Part shown: one piece after another, positions 30,299-37,993 of the stretch
Layout: each line of letters begins with the position of its first letter
Position numbering within the stretch: the first letter of the stretch is position 1
Assembly (NCBI GenBank): GCA_045593685.1
Contig: JAZNXD010000021.1
Span: 1-60,268 of the forward strand
Direction: 5' to 3'
Origin: Candidatus Enterousia sp.
GTDB taxonomy: Bacteria; Pseudomonadota; Alphaproteobacteria; Rs-D84
Length of the DNA: 60,268 bases
Program-made: the position numbers and the translations under genes
The notes under the pieces: model-generated
Databases searched by the model: none
What the model was told of the DNA's origin: nothing
The model's input: only the letters and a program-made list of their open reading frames with translations

Positions 30299-31831
30299 AT
30301 GAGTTTTGCAAAATTATTTAAGTTGAATATATCGGTGCTGTGTATGGCCGTTGTGTTGGGTGCGCCCGCGTATGCGGCGTCGTCTTATGGTATTCAAGAA
30401 GCATGGGATAATCCAACCGCAAATATGGCAATGGGCAGCACTAAACCAGGCTATGCCCAGTTGGCATGGTCGGCGGGCAGTGTTTTGCCAATCAAATTAC
30501 GTAATGGTATGGTTACGATGGTGACCCTGCCCAATGGTGAACAGATTGTGGATGCGGTTGTTGGCGACCAGGGACAATTTACGATTGATGCGACCCAGGG
30601 CGAACGCACAATGTTTATTTCCCCCGAACCCGACAATCAGGGTTCGGACACCAACATGATTGTTACCGGGAAATCGGGAAATAAATACATATTGTACCTG
30701 CGTGCCGAACCATCTAATTCCAGCGAAATTACATATTCCCAGGTTGATATTATTTTGGACGGCAATGCGACATTACCAATGGCGGGGGGCGCCACAACCA
30801 CATCGGGTGGCGCTAAATCCATATTCCAAAAGGCCGCACCACAGACATCGGTCGTGGGCGCGGATGGCGAAGACTATGGTTGGATAAAATCCATGAAAAT
30901 CGACCCGTCAGAATTCAGATTTGATTTGGACATTTTTGTTCCAAACCCGGACGATTACGTTATTGCGCCGGAACGTGTTTGGCGCGACAGAATCTTTACA
31001 TACATTGACTTTGGCGACAAGGTTATTTCCATGACCCAACGTCCGGTTGTATCTTTGTTGGTCGAAGGGGGCGAATCGCCCGTTGGATTCCGTACCGATG
31101 GTGAAGATGGACGACTGTTGATTGTCGAAGCCGTTGGCGATATGGTTCTGCGCAGCGGACAACGTATTGTATGTATCAAAAAACGTGAAAAGCCGTTCTT
31201 GATTGCGGATACAGCATCGGTAATGGCCCTGGCCGAGGCAAATGTTGCGCAAAGCATGCTGTCGGGGCAATCGTTGAACAATATTGCATATACAGACAGT
31301 ATGGCCGCAATGAGCATGGGTACAAACTATACCGGGACACCAATGTTTGTTGGAAATGGCCAAATGACCAATCCGGCAACGGGCGCGGGTTATTATATGC
31401 CGGCGGGCTTTACCGTTCCCCAGGCAATGCCACAATCATCCGGCAGTGTCGTTAACATGTTGCCACAACAGCGCAATACCGCGGGCGCGTATTTACCACA
31501 AACAAACATCCCATTGATTGCCAGCAATCAAATTGGTGTTGCGGTTGAATTGAAATCCGACACTTCGGTCAAGGCCCTGGAAGAATATTGGAATACACTG
31601 ATGGCAAAATTCAGTGGCGAAGATGGCCAGGGATTGTTGACCCCATACAAAAACATGGTGTTCTTTGCGGTTGATGAACAGGGGGTTGGCGACCTGGGGG
31701 CCGAGGCATCCAGTGCACGTCAATACCGTTTACGTGTCGGGCCATTGGCGGATATAGATACGGCACAAACACTGTGTGATAAATTGTTGCGTTTCAGCGG
31801 AACCAGTTGCAGCGTTGTTCGTATGCAATAA
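30299..31831 (+). CDS. virB9: VirB9/TrbG/CagX-like secretion protein with a C-terminal SPOR-like domain
   Basis: Signal peptide. N-domain VVGDQGQFTID..TNMIVTG..NKYILYL and C-domain PERVWRDRIFTYIDFGD..PVVSLL..RLLIVEAV match the VirB9 pattern. The last ~100 aa (..EEYWNTLMAKF...QYRLRVGPLADIDTAQTLCDKLLRFSGTSCSVV) look like SPOR. Confidence 0.7.
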   Translation: MSFAKLFKLNISVLCMAVVLGAPAYAASSYGIQEAWDNPTANMAMGSTKPGYAQLAWSAGSVLPIKLRNGMVTMVTLPNGEQIVDAVVGDQGQFTIDATQGERTMFISPEPDNQGSDTNMIVTGKSGNKYILYLRAEPSNSSEITYSQVDIILDGNATLPMAGGATTTSGGAKSIFQKAAPQTSVVGADGEDYGWIKSMKIDPSEFRFDLDIFVPNPDDYVIAPERVWRDRIFTYIDFGDKVISMTQRPVVSLLVEGGESPVGFRTDGEDGRLLIVEAVGDMVLRSGQRIVCIKKREKPFLIADTASVMALAEANVAQSMLSGQSLNNIAYTDSMAAMSMGTNYTGTPMFVGNGQMTNPATGAGYYMPAGFTVPQAMPQSSGSVVNMLPQQRNTAGAYLPQTNIPLIASNQIGVAVELKSDTSVKALEEYWNTLMAKFSGEDGQGLLTPYKNMVFFAVDEQGVGDLGAEASSARQYRLRVGPLADIDTAQTLCDKLLRFSGTSCSVVRMQ

Positions 31832-31849
31832 ACATGTGGGTATTGGGGG

Positions 31850-34225
31850 ATGAGTAAGTTTAAAGAAAAATTTTCGGAACTGCGTAACAATACGCCACGT
31901 CGTGTGCAGTGGTTGTTGATGGCGGTGGCCTTTGTTGTCGTTATTATACTGTTGACACTGTTATTTAGTGGTAATGACAAAAAGGATGCCGATATTGCGA
32001 CAACCAGTGCGGGGCCGGCATCGCTGGTAATCGAACCAGATTTGATTAACTGGGCCGATACACCGGTTGGCGAAGTTAAAGAACAGACGATTGATATAAC
32101 CGCAACCCAATCCGTTATCGTTACAAATGTTGAAAGACACGATGAAATTTCCGGTTATGACATCAAAGACACCTGTGTTGCAATCAAGGGAATCAGCCAA
32201 ACAAGTAAATGCCAAATATTTGCAACCTATGCCCCGGGGGCGGCAATGCCAACAAAACAGACAACGGTTACAATCACGTGGCACAAGGCCGACGAAGACG
32301 AAACCATGTCGCACCGCGATAAGATTGTCCTGACACTGGGGGCGGTGGTGCCGGTTGTTGAACAAAAACCGATTGCAATTCCAGAACCCGCGCCCGTTGT
32401 CGCAGAGATAGAAGAAATCGAGGAAATCGAAGAAACAGAAGAAGAACCCGAAACCGTGCGCGAAGAAATCGTACGTGAAATCGAGGCAATCGCCCCACCG
32501 GTCGTGGCACCAAGGAAGACCGTTATAGCGGAAGAAAAAATTGTTATTCCCGATGGATGTTCGGACTTTGCGTTTCCGGGATATAATAATGCGGGACGTC
32601 AAATTGGATGGATTAAACCCAGCGGTGGTGCGTACTATTTCCACACATTTTCCGACACGGATTGCAGTGAACCCGCAGGTACATATAATCCGGACAACGG
32701 CATCGTAACAGATGATGCGGGCAAGAAAATTGGAACCGATGCGGATCACATTGGATTTGCCACAATTACATCGGGCGAAATGCCGGCATTGTCAAATGTA
32801 CCGGCAATAAAACCGGTGTATCGCGCAACACAAAACGACGTACCGGGCAGCAGCAGTGGCATGGGCCGAGCAAATAGCGAAGGTGGCAGCATTGTAAAAC
32901 CCGCAAAACCATCCGAGATTGTATATGGAACATCTGATGAGAATGTTGTGACATCTAGCGCCCCATACGACAGAACATTTATACTGCGTCAGTTTAAACC
33001 AATTCCTGCAACAATCGTTTCTGATGTTCGCGCCGATATTCAAGCACTTGAGTTAGGGGTTCCGGTACGTGCAACCGTGGACAGAAATGTGTATTCCGAT
33101 AATGGACGAACAATTGTAATACCTACTGGGACATTAATGTTGGGCTATGTCACAGGCGAAGTTCCAGGGCCATATAAGACAATTGGACGGATGCAAATAA
33201 AGTGGTATCAGTTTATCCGCCCAGATGGAGTAGAATTTAACTTTCCAGAGGGGGACGACCCATACTCGGCAGATTCACAGGGACGTTTGGGTGTGCCAGG
33301 ACGTGGAAGTTCAGATTACCTGGAACAGTTCTTTATGCCAATGTTGACTGCATTTGTACCGGCGGCGGTAAACCTGATTAACCCGGTGGCGGATGCCTTT
33401 GTAAACCAAATCGACTTGGATAACAATACCGTTGTGCAAAGCGGAACCATGCGTTCATCGGAATTGGCCAAGAACGAGATTATTACCGCATGGAATCAGG
33501 TGGCCCAAAAATTAATGGTTGATATGATGGACAATACCGTACCACCATTTACGATTGCCGCCGGGACACGTATTACGGTGTATTCCCCCGTTGATTTACA
33601 GATAACTTGTGGTGCCCCAGGCGCAGAAAATACAGGCAAGAAGTGTGCTGTGGCGACTTTTAATAACGCACCTAGAAGAACAATTAAGAGTAGCGATATG
33701 GGCTTGTATCCAGCAAATGATAGCAGTTGGGTTGGACAATCACGCCAATTCCAGGCACAAGAACATTGCGAGAAGGATCAAAATGGTTTGTGGCGTGTTA
33801 AAAAGGAATGCTCGGGAATGGATTCTGGCAAATTAAATACTTGTGGTGGCTACTCATATACAACATTGAAATTATGGTGTGACTCATTGAACTATGAATC
33901 AAAAAAGGCGTTGCAATACGAAGAGTATCAGAAAGACCAATCGGCCCAATATCAACAAAAGATTGAGAATTTGGGTGGTGTTGGATCACAAGCGTTTAAT
34001 GAACAAATTTTGGGTGTACAATATAACGCCGATGGTACCGTTCAAAACCCATATGAATCCGCACCGGCACCGGCCGCGGAGGCCGCGGATGTGTTGTTAT
34101 GCCTGGACGGGACGGAACCGGATGCAAATGGATGCTGTACCGGGGAAATATATACCGATATGGGCGACCAGGGATTTAATTGTTGTCCGGAATCGGGGGG
34201 CGATTGTTTCCCGCCAATGTTCTGA
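31850..34225 (+). CDS. virB10: VirB10/TrbI-like secretion protein with extra N- and C-terminal modules
   Basis: N-terminal TM helix, an acidic/Pro-rich linker (EIEEIEEIEETEEEPE..APPVVAP), and a TrbI-like core (PATIVSDVRAD..VRATVDRNVYSDNGRTIVIPTGTLMLGY..IRPDGVEF..DSQGRLGVPG). A 12-Cys C-terminal extension of about 205 aa follows. Confidence 0.7.
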   Translation: MSKFKEKFSELRNNTPRRVQWLLMAVAFVVVIILLTLLFSGNDKKDADIATTSAGPASLVIEPDLINWADTPVGEVKEQTIDITATQSVIVTNVERHDEISGYDIKDTCVAIKGISQTSKCQIFATYAPGAAMPTKQTTVTITWHKADEDETMSHRDKIVLTLGAVVPVVEQKPIAIPEPAPVVAEIEEIEEIEETEEEPETVREEIVREIEAIAPPVVAPRKTVIAEEKIVIPDGCSDFAFPGYNNAGRQIGWIKPSGGAYYFHTFSDTDCSEPAGTYNPDNGIVTDDAGKKIGTDADHIGFATITSGEMPALSNVPAIKPVYRATQNDVPGSSSGMGRANSEGGSIVKPAKPSEIVYGTSDENVVTSSAPYDRTFILRQFKPIPATIVSDVRADIQALELGVPVRATVDRNVYSDNGRTIVIPTGTLMLGYVTGEVPGPYKTIGRMQIKWYQFIRPDGVEFNFPEGDDPYSADSQGRLGVPGRGSSDYLEQFFMPMLTAFVPAAVNLINPVADAFVNQIDLDNNTVVQSGTMRSSELAKNEIITAWNQVAQKLMVDMMDNTVPPFTIAAGTRITVYSPVDLQITCGAPGAENTGKKCAVATFNNAPRRTIKSSDMGLYPANDSSWVGQSRQFQAQEHCEKDQNGLWRVKKECSGMDSGKLNTCGGYSYTTLKLWCDSLNYESKKALQYEEYQKDQSAQYQQKIENLGGVGSQAFNEQILGVQYNADGTVQNPYESAPAPAAEAADVLLCLDGTEPDANGCCTGEIYTDMGDQGFNCCPESGGDCFPPMF

Positions 34226-34228
34226 AAA

Positions 34229-34256
34229 CAACCCGCCAAATGGCGGGTTTGTTTTT
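34229..34256 (+). terminator. Intrinsic terminator after the virB10-like gene
   Basis: ACCCGCC-AAAT-GGCGGGT stem followed by TTGTTTTT. Confidence 0.7.
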
Positions 34257-34269
34257 GCAATTAAATTTT

Positions 34270-34293
34270 GCGCGCAAAATTGCGCGCTTTTTC
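34270..34293 (+). terminator. Second hairpin/terminator
   Basis: GCGCGC-AAAATT-GCGCGC stem followed by TTTTT. Confidence 0.5.
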
Positions 34294-34482
34294 TTATTAC
34301 AGGTGTGATATGCAAATTAAGAAAAAAACAAGAAACGCATCGATTCGTTTTCGTTTTACAAATTCGCAAACCGAATCTGTTTTCTGATTCGTGTTTCAAC
34401 CGTCGGTTGTAACAATTCACAGGAATCTTTTCTTAGTCTATATATCATAAGTGAACATAAAAAACCAAAGGAGAAAGAAAGT

Positions 34483-34827
34483 ATGACACAAGCACAAACA
34501 ACCATGGTGGCCGAAAAATTCCAAAATGCGGAACAATTATGGTTTTGGTTTCTGTATTCAAAACAGGTACGCGAAAATAATTTTGGCCGCATGCGGGGAA
34601 CCCCCACACGCAGACCGTGCGAGGTACTGGATGTTGAAACACTGATTACAAAATTATATCTGTCGGGAAAATTAAATGATAATCAGTTGTGTGTCATGAA
34701 ACAATTTGGTGATCGCAGACGCGCGCCACACCAACATATTTGGGCCGAAAATCGTGCCGCACAAATGTGGGGTGCAGCAATGGCAATATTAGACAAGGCC
34801 GCACGTGAACGCGGATGGATTGAATAA
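34483..34827 (+). CDS. Hypothetical 114-aa protein
   Basis: Strong SD AAAGGAGA 7 nt before the ATG. Coding-like composition. No motif assigned (WFWF..RPCE..). Confidence 0.55.
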   Translation: MTQAQTTMVAEKFQNAEQLWFWFLYSKQVRENNFGRMRGTPTRRPCEVLDVETLITKLYLSGKLNDNQLCVMKQFGDRRRAPHQHIWAENRAAQMWGAAMAILDKAARERGWIE

Positions 34828-34858
34828 CCAATATAAACAAAGGATTTCATAACCTGGG

Positions 34859-34907
34859 TCCCGGTGTCAAGCACCGGGATGACAGAATTTTTTCAAAAAA
34901 ATTCTGT
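34859..34907 (+). terminator. Two consecutive hairpins after ORF 34483-34827
   Basis: TCCCGGTG-TCAAG-CACCGGGA (34859-34879), then the AT-rich palindrome ACAGAATTTTTT/AAAAAATTCTGT (34882-34907). Confidence 0.45.
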
Positions 34908-34961
34908 TTATATTTGCTGAACTAAACTTTTATTTATCAAATTAAAATCAAGGAAAATAAT

Positions 34962-35303
34962 ATGATTATTATTGGTTTTACACATAAAACATCCAAGGTC
35001 TTGCCACGAATTTTTTGTCGGCGTTTTCGACACGTGGCAATAATTGTCCCCAACAAAAAAAATATGGTTATGTTTCAATTTGTGCGATGCGGAAATATTG
35101 TGAAAATAAGACTTAACATGCGCGATATTAAATTACTGGGGCGGCACGGATGGCGTTTTGTCTGGGTGACGAGCACCCCACCCCATGATTTTGAAAAAAT
35201 GCGCGCATTGACGTGCGTACAAATGGCAAAAAATGCAATCGATTTGCGGGATTTTTATATACAAACACCGTGGGCATTATATAAAGCCTTGAATTATAAA
35301 TAA
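34962..35303 (+). CDS. Hypothetical 113-aa protein (weak His..Cys papain/NlpC-P60-like pattern)
   Basis: SD AAGGAAA before the ATG. FRHVAIIV ... LTCVQMAKNAI resembles the His-then-Cys order of YiiX/LRAT-like thiol hydrolases. This is pattern recall only. Confidence 0.45.
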   Translation: MIIIGFTHKTSKVLPRIFCRRFRHVAIIVPNKKNMVMFQFVRCGNIVKIRLNMRDIKLLGRHGWRFVWVTSTPPHDFEKMRALTCVQMAKNAIDLRDFYIQTPWALYKALNYK

Positions 35304-35304
35304 T

Positions 35305-35512
35305 TCTGGGGCATAATCAGTGTGGACTTTTGAGTAAAAGGTCTGGGTTTTCAAGACCCGTAAATCCACGGCATGCGATGTGTCGTTACGTAAACCTGAC
35401 CCACGATGTGGTCGGGTATCTGTGGTTATATAACAGGTTTATACCAAAAGCCACAGAGTCATTTGGATTTATGACCTTGAAAATGCCCGACCGTCAATTT
35501 TGACGGTTTTTT
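35305..35512 (+). ncRNA. Unclassified structured RNA candidate ending in an intrinsic terminator
   Basis: Closing helix GGGCAT (35309-14)/ATGCCC (35483-88) encloses four hairpins: GTGGA/TCCAC around GGTCT/AGACC; ACCTGAC..GTCGGGT; TCTGTGG/CCACAGA. Then CCGTC-loop-GACGG plus T6 (35491-35512). No ORF. Confidence 0.4.
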
Positions 35513-35536
35513 GTTGGCAAAATAAAGGACATAAAA

Positions 35537-36403
35537 ATGGAAAAAATTTCGGTCATTATACCAGTCTATAACACAGAAAAGTTTCTGAAACAGTGCCTGG
35601 GAAGTGTGATTAACCAAACATATAAAAATTTGGAAATACTGATTATCGATGATGGGTCACCAGACAAATCTGATGCGGTGTATAAACAATTTGCCCTGCA
35701 AGATAACAGAATCAAAATAATCAAACAGAAAAACGCCGGTATTTCCGCAGCAAGAAATACAGGATTAAAATTTGCATCCGGTCAATGGGTACATTTTATT
35801 GATTCTGATGATTATTTGGATATTGATTACTATGAAAAAATGATGAACGCCGTATACGATGTTAACCCCGACATTATCGCGGGCGGTGTCATTTCCCAAA
35901 ATTCTGAACTGTATAATATTCAGTATAAAACAACATGTGTGCTGTTTACAAAAACCGAAAAATTCCTAGTAACAAATGCACTGAAAAACTGTACTGTATG
36001 GCGGTATGTTTTTAAACGTGATTTTTTACAAAAAAATAATTTAAAATTTGCCGTTGGAAAAATTTTTGAAGATATTCTGTTTATACCAAATGCAATACTG
36101 ATGGCCAACTGTGTTGTAACCGTACCAAATGCAAATTACCACTATGTTTTTAATAAAGATTCATTGCTGAATAAAAAATATACTAAAAATCACCAGGCAC
36201 AATATGACTATGCAGAATCTTATTTGAATAGTTTTATAAAACAACACAATTTAGAAGATATAATTAACAGAAGTAAAAATACAGAGGTAACAACATATAA
36301 ACTAATCGCGTTTAAAATTTTTAGAAAAATTCTTTTTAAAGATACCAACGAAGTAAAGTATTATTTACTGGGGGTACGGATTTTAAAAACATATAAAAAA
36401 TAA
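35537..36403 (+). CDS. Family 2 glycosyltransferase
   Basis: ISVIIPVYN...IIDDGSPD...DSDD (GT-A DXD) motifs. Visibly more AT-rich than its neighbours. Confidence 0.85.
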   Translation: MEKISVIIPVYNTEKFLKQCLGSVINQTYKNLEILIIDDGSPDKSDAVYKQFALQDNRIKIIKQKNAGISAARNTGLKFASGQWVHFIDSDDYLDIDYYEKMMNAVYDVNPDIIAGGVISQNSELYNIQYKTTCVLFTKTEKFLVTNALKNCTVWRYVFKRDFLQKNNLKFAVGKIFEDILFIPNAILMANCVVTVPNANYHYVFNKDSLLNKKYTKNHQAQYDYAESYLNSFIKQHNLEDIINRSKNTEVTTYKLIAFKIFRKILFKDTNEVKYYLLGVRILKTYKK

Positions 36404-36426
36404 ATATCCGCCGATTGGCGGATATT
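36403..36426. terminator. Bidirectional terminator between the GT2 gene and yidC
   Basis: AATATCCGCC-GATT-GGCGGATATT 10-bp stem. Confidence 0.65.
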
Positions 36427-36428
36427 TA

Positions 36429-37991
36429 TTATTTTGTTTGACGTTTTATTATCTGCATTTGGATAATGCCAAAGATGTTGGATACCGTCCAATATAAAAC
36501 CAAACCCGCCGGCATCCACGCAAACATTACCGTGAATAATATCGGCATCCAACGCATCATACGCTGGGTCTGGGCAATGGCATCATTGCCGGAATTGTTC
36601 GATTTTGGGGACTGCAAACGTTGCTGAATCCACATGGTGGCCCCCATCATTATCGGCAAGATAAAGTATGGATCCATCGCCGATAAATCCGATATCCACA
36701 AAAAATGTGCATTACGCATCGCAACGGATACAAGTAACGCCTTGTACAAGGCAAAGAATATTGGAATTTGAATCAACATCGGCAGACAACCCGACATTGG
36801 GGATGTCTTGTGCGTTTGATACAGTTTCATCATTTCCATTTGCAAACGCATTTTATCGTTGGCGTACAGTTTTTGGATGCGCTGCATTTCCGGCTGCATT
36901 TTCTGCATCGCGGCCATGGATGTGTACGATTTGCGTGTCAATGGCCACATCAACAGGCGCAACAATATAGTCATGATTATAATCGCAACACCATAGTTCA
37001 TAACAACATGATGAATACCATTTAACACCCACAACATTGGACGCGCCAGGAACCAAAACCAACCGTAATCAATCGTTTCGGATATGCCCGGAATCTTGGA
37101 TTCAATGGCATCTAATACAGACTGGTCGCGGGGACCAACAAAAACATTTGTCGTTATGGTGGCGGTGGCACCGGCGGCCACTGGAACCGCAGATGCGGCA
37201 GAATCCGACATATATTTATCACCGGACCGCTTCATGCGAATTGTTTGGTCGGGTGCAGAAATGGATGTTACTGTTTCCCAATACTGGTCTGCAAAACCGG
37301 AAAAACCATTTGTTGTTGAATATGCGTATGACTTTTTATCCAGTTTATGCCATGCAATATCTTCGGTGTCGGAATTTGCATAAACAATCGCACCGTTCGA
37401 AACACCCGATGCGGATTTCATATCATTTTCACGAACAATACGTGCATATGGCGCAAAGGCAAAATCACGCGCAGAATTATTTTTTATCGTATCGGTTACC
37501 GTTATAACATAACCATCCGTCGCCATGGTGCGGGTAAATTCAACACCATCGGAATTGCGCCATGTGTTCGCACCGTCAACATGTTTCCACGGCGTTGTGG
37601 ACCGGGGCGCGGATGTTCCGGTGGCCAGCAAGCCAACCTCGATATAATCACCGTCGGATGACAGCAATGTTACGGGCGTTGCATCATCGGCAGACGTGAC
37701 AAAATCGGCCAATTTAACATCCGATATGCGCAGTCCCTGGACCGTGGCAGAAATTTTATCAGACGATATTTCCGATGTCGGTACGGCCGACAAATCTTCG
37801 GTAATTGTGACATCTGCGTTGGGTTGCGAAACCGGTTTTGGCCCCATAATAACACCAATCAACCACCATGATGCAATGAACAACAGCGTCCACCACAGCA
37901 GACCCGAAAACGGAGACCGCGTCGACGTGGCCTGTTTATTGGCGTTCCACATATTAAATCCGGAATTTTTATTATCCATATACTGAACCAT
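36429..37991 (-). CDS. yidC: Membrane protein insertase YidC
   Basis: Large periplasmic P1 domain followed by the conserved 60-kDa insertase core (MQKMQPEMQRIQKLY, GCLPMLIQIPIFFALY). Confidence 0.92.
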   Translation of the reverse strand: MVQYMDNKNSGFNMWNANKQATSTRSPFSGLLWWTLLFIASWWLIGVIMGPKPVSQPNADVTITEDLSAVPTSEISSDKISATVQGLRISDVKLADFVTSADDATPVTLLSSDGDYIEVGLLATGTSAPRSTTPWKHVDGANTWRNSDGVEFTRTMATDGYVITVTDTIKNNSARDFAFAPYARIVRENDMKSASGVSNGAIVYANSDTEDIAWHKLDKKSYAYSTTNGFSGFADQYWETVTSISAPDQTIRMKRSGDKYMSDSAASAVPVAAGATATITTNVFVGPRDQSVLDAIESKIPGISETIDYGWFWFLARPMLWVLNGIHHVVMNYGVAIIIMTILLRLLMWPLTRKSYTSMAAMQKMQPEMQRIQKLYANDKMRLQMEMMKLYQTHKTSPMSGCLPMLIQIPIFFALYKALLVSVAMRNAHFLWISDLSAMDPYFILPIMMGATMWIQQRLQSPKSNNSGNDAIAQTQRMMRWMPILFTVMFAWMPAGLVLYWTVSNIFGIIQMQIIKRQTK

Positions 37992-37993
37992 TG

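Noticed and set aside
31961-32749. 262-aa minus-strand ORF
   Set aside because: It is antisense to the virB10-like gene, across its acidic repeat. It is a Phe/Cys/Arg-rich nonsense translation.
33894-34412. 172-aa plus-strand ORF overlapping the virB10-like 3' end
   Set aside because: It is out of frame with the virB10-like gene and runs through two intrinsic terminators, so it is not credible as a gene.
35305-35512. Assigning the structured RNA to tmRNA, SRP RNA, 6S RNA, RNase P or a known riboswitch class
   Set aside because: I could not find the diagnostic conserved strings: a tRNA-like T-arm/ACCA end or tag ORF, the GGAA/AGCA SRP motif, the RNase P GAAAGUCC-type core, or TPP/FMN/cobalamin/c-di-GMP cores. 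It is therefore left unclassified.
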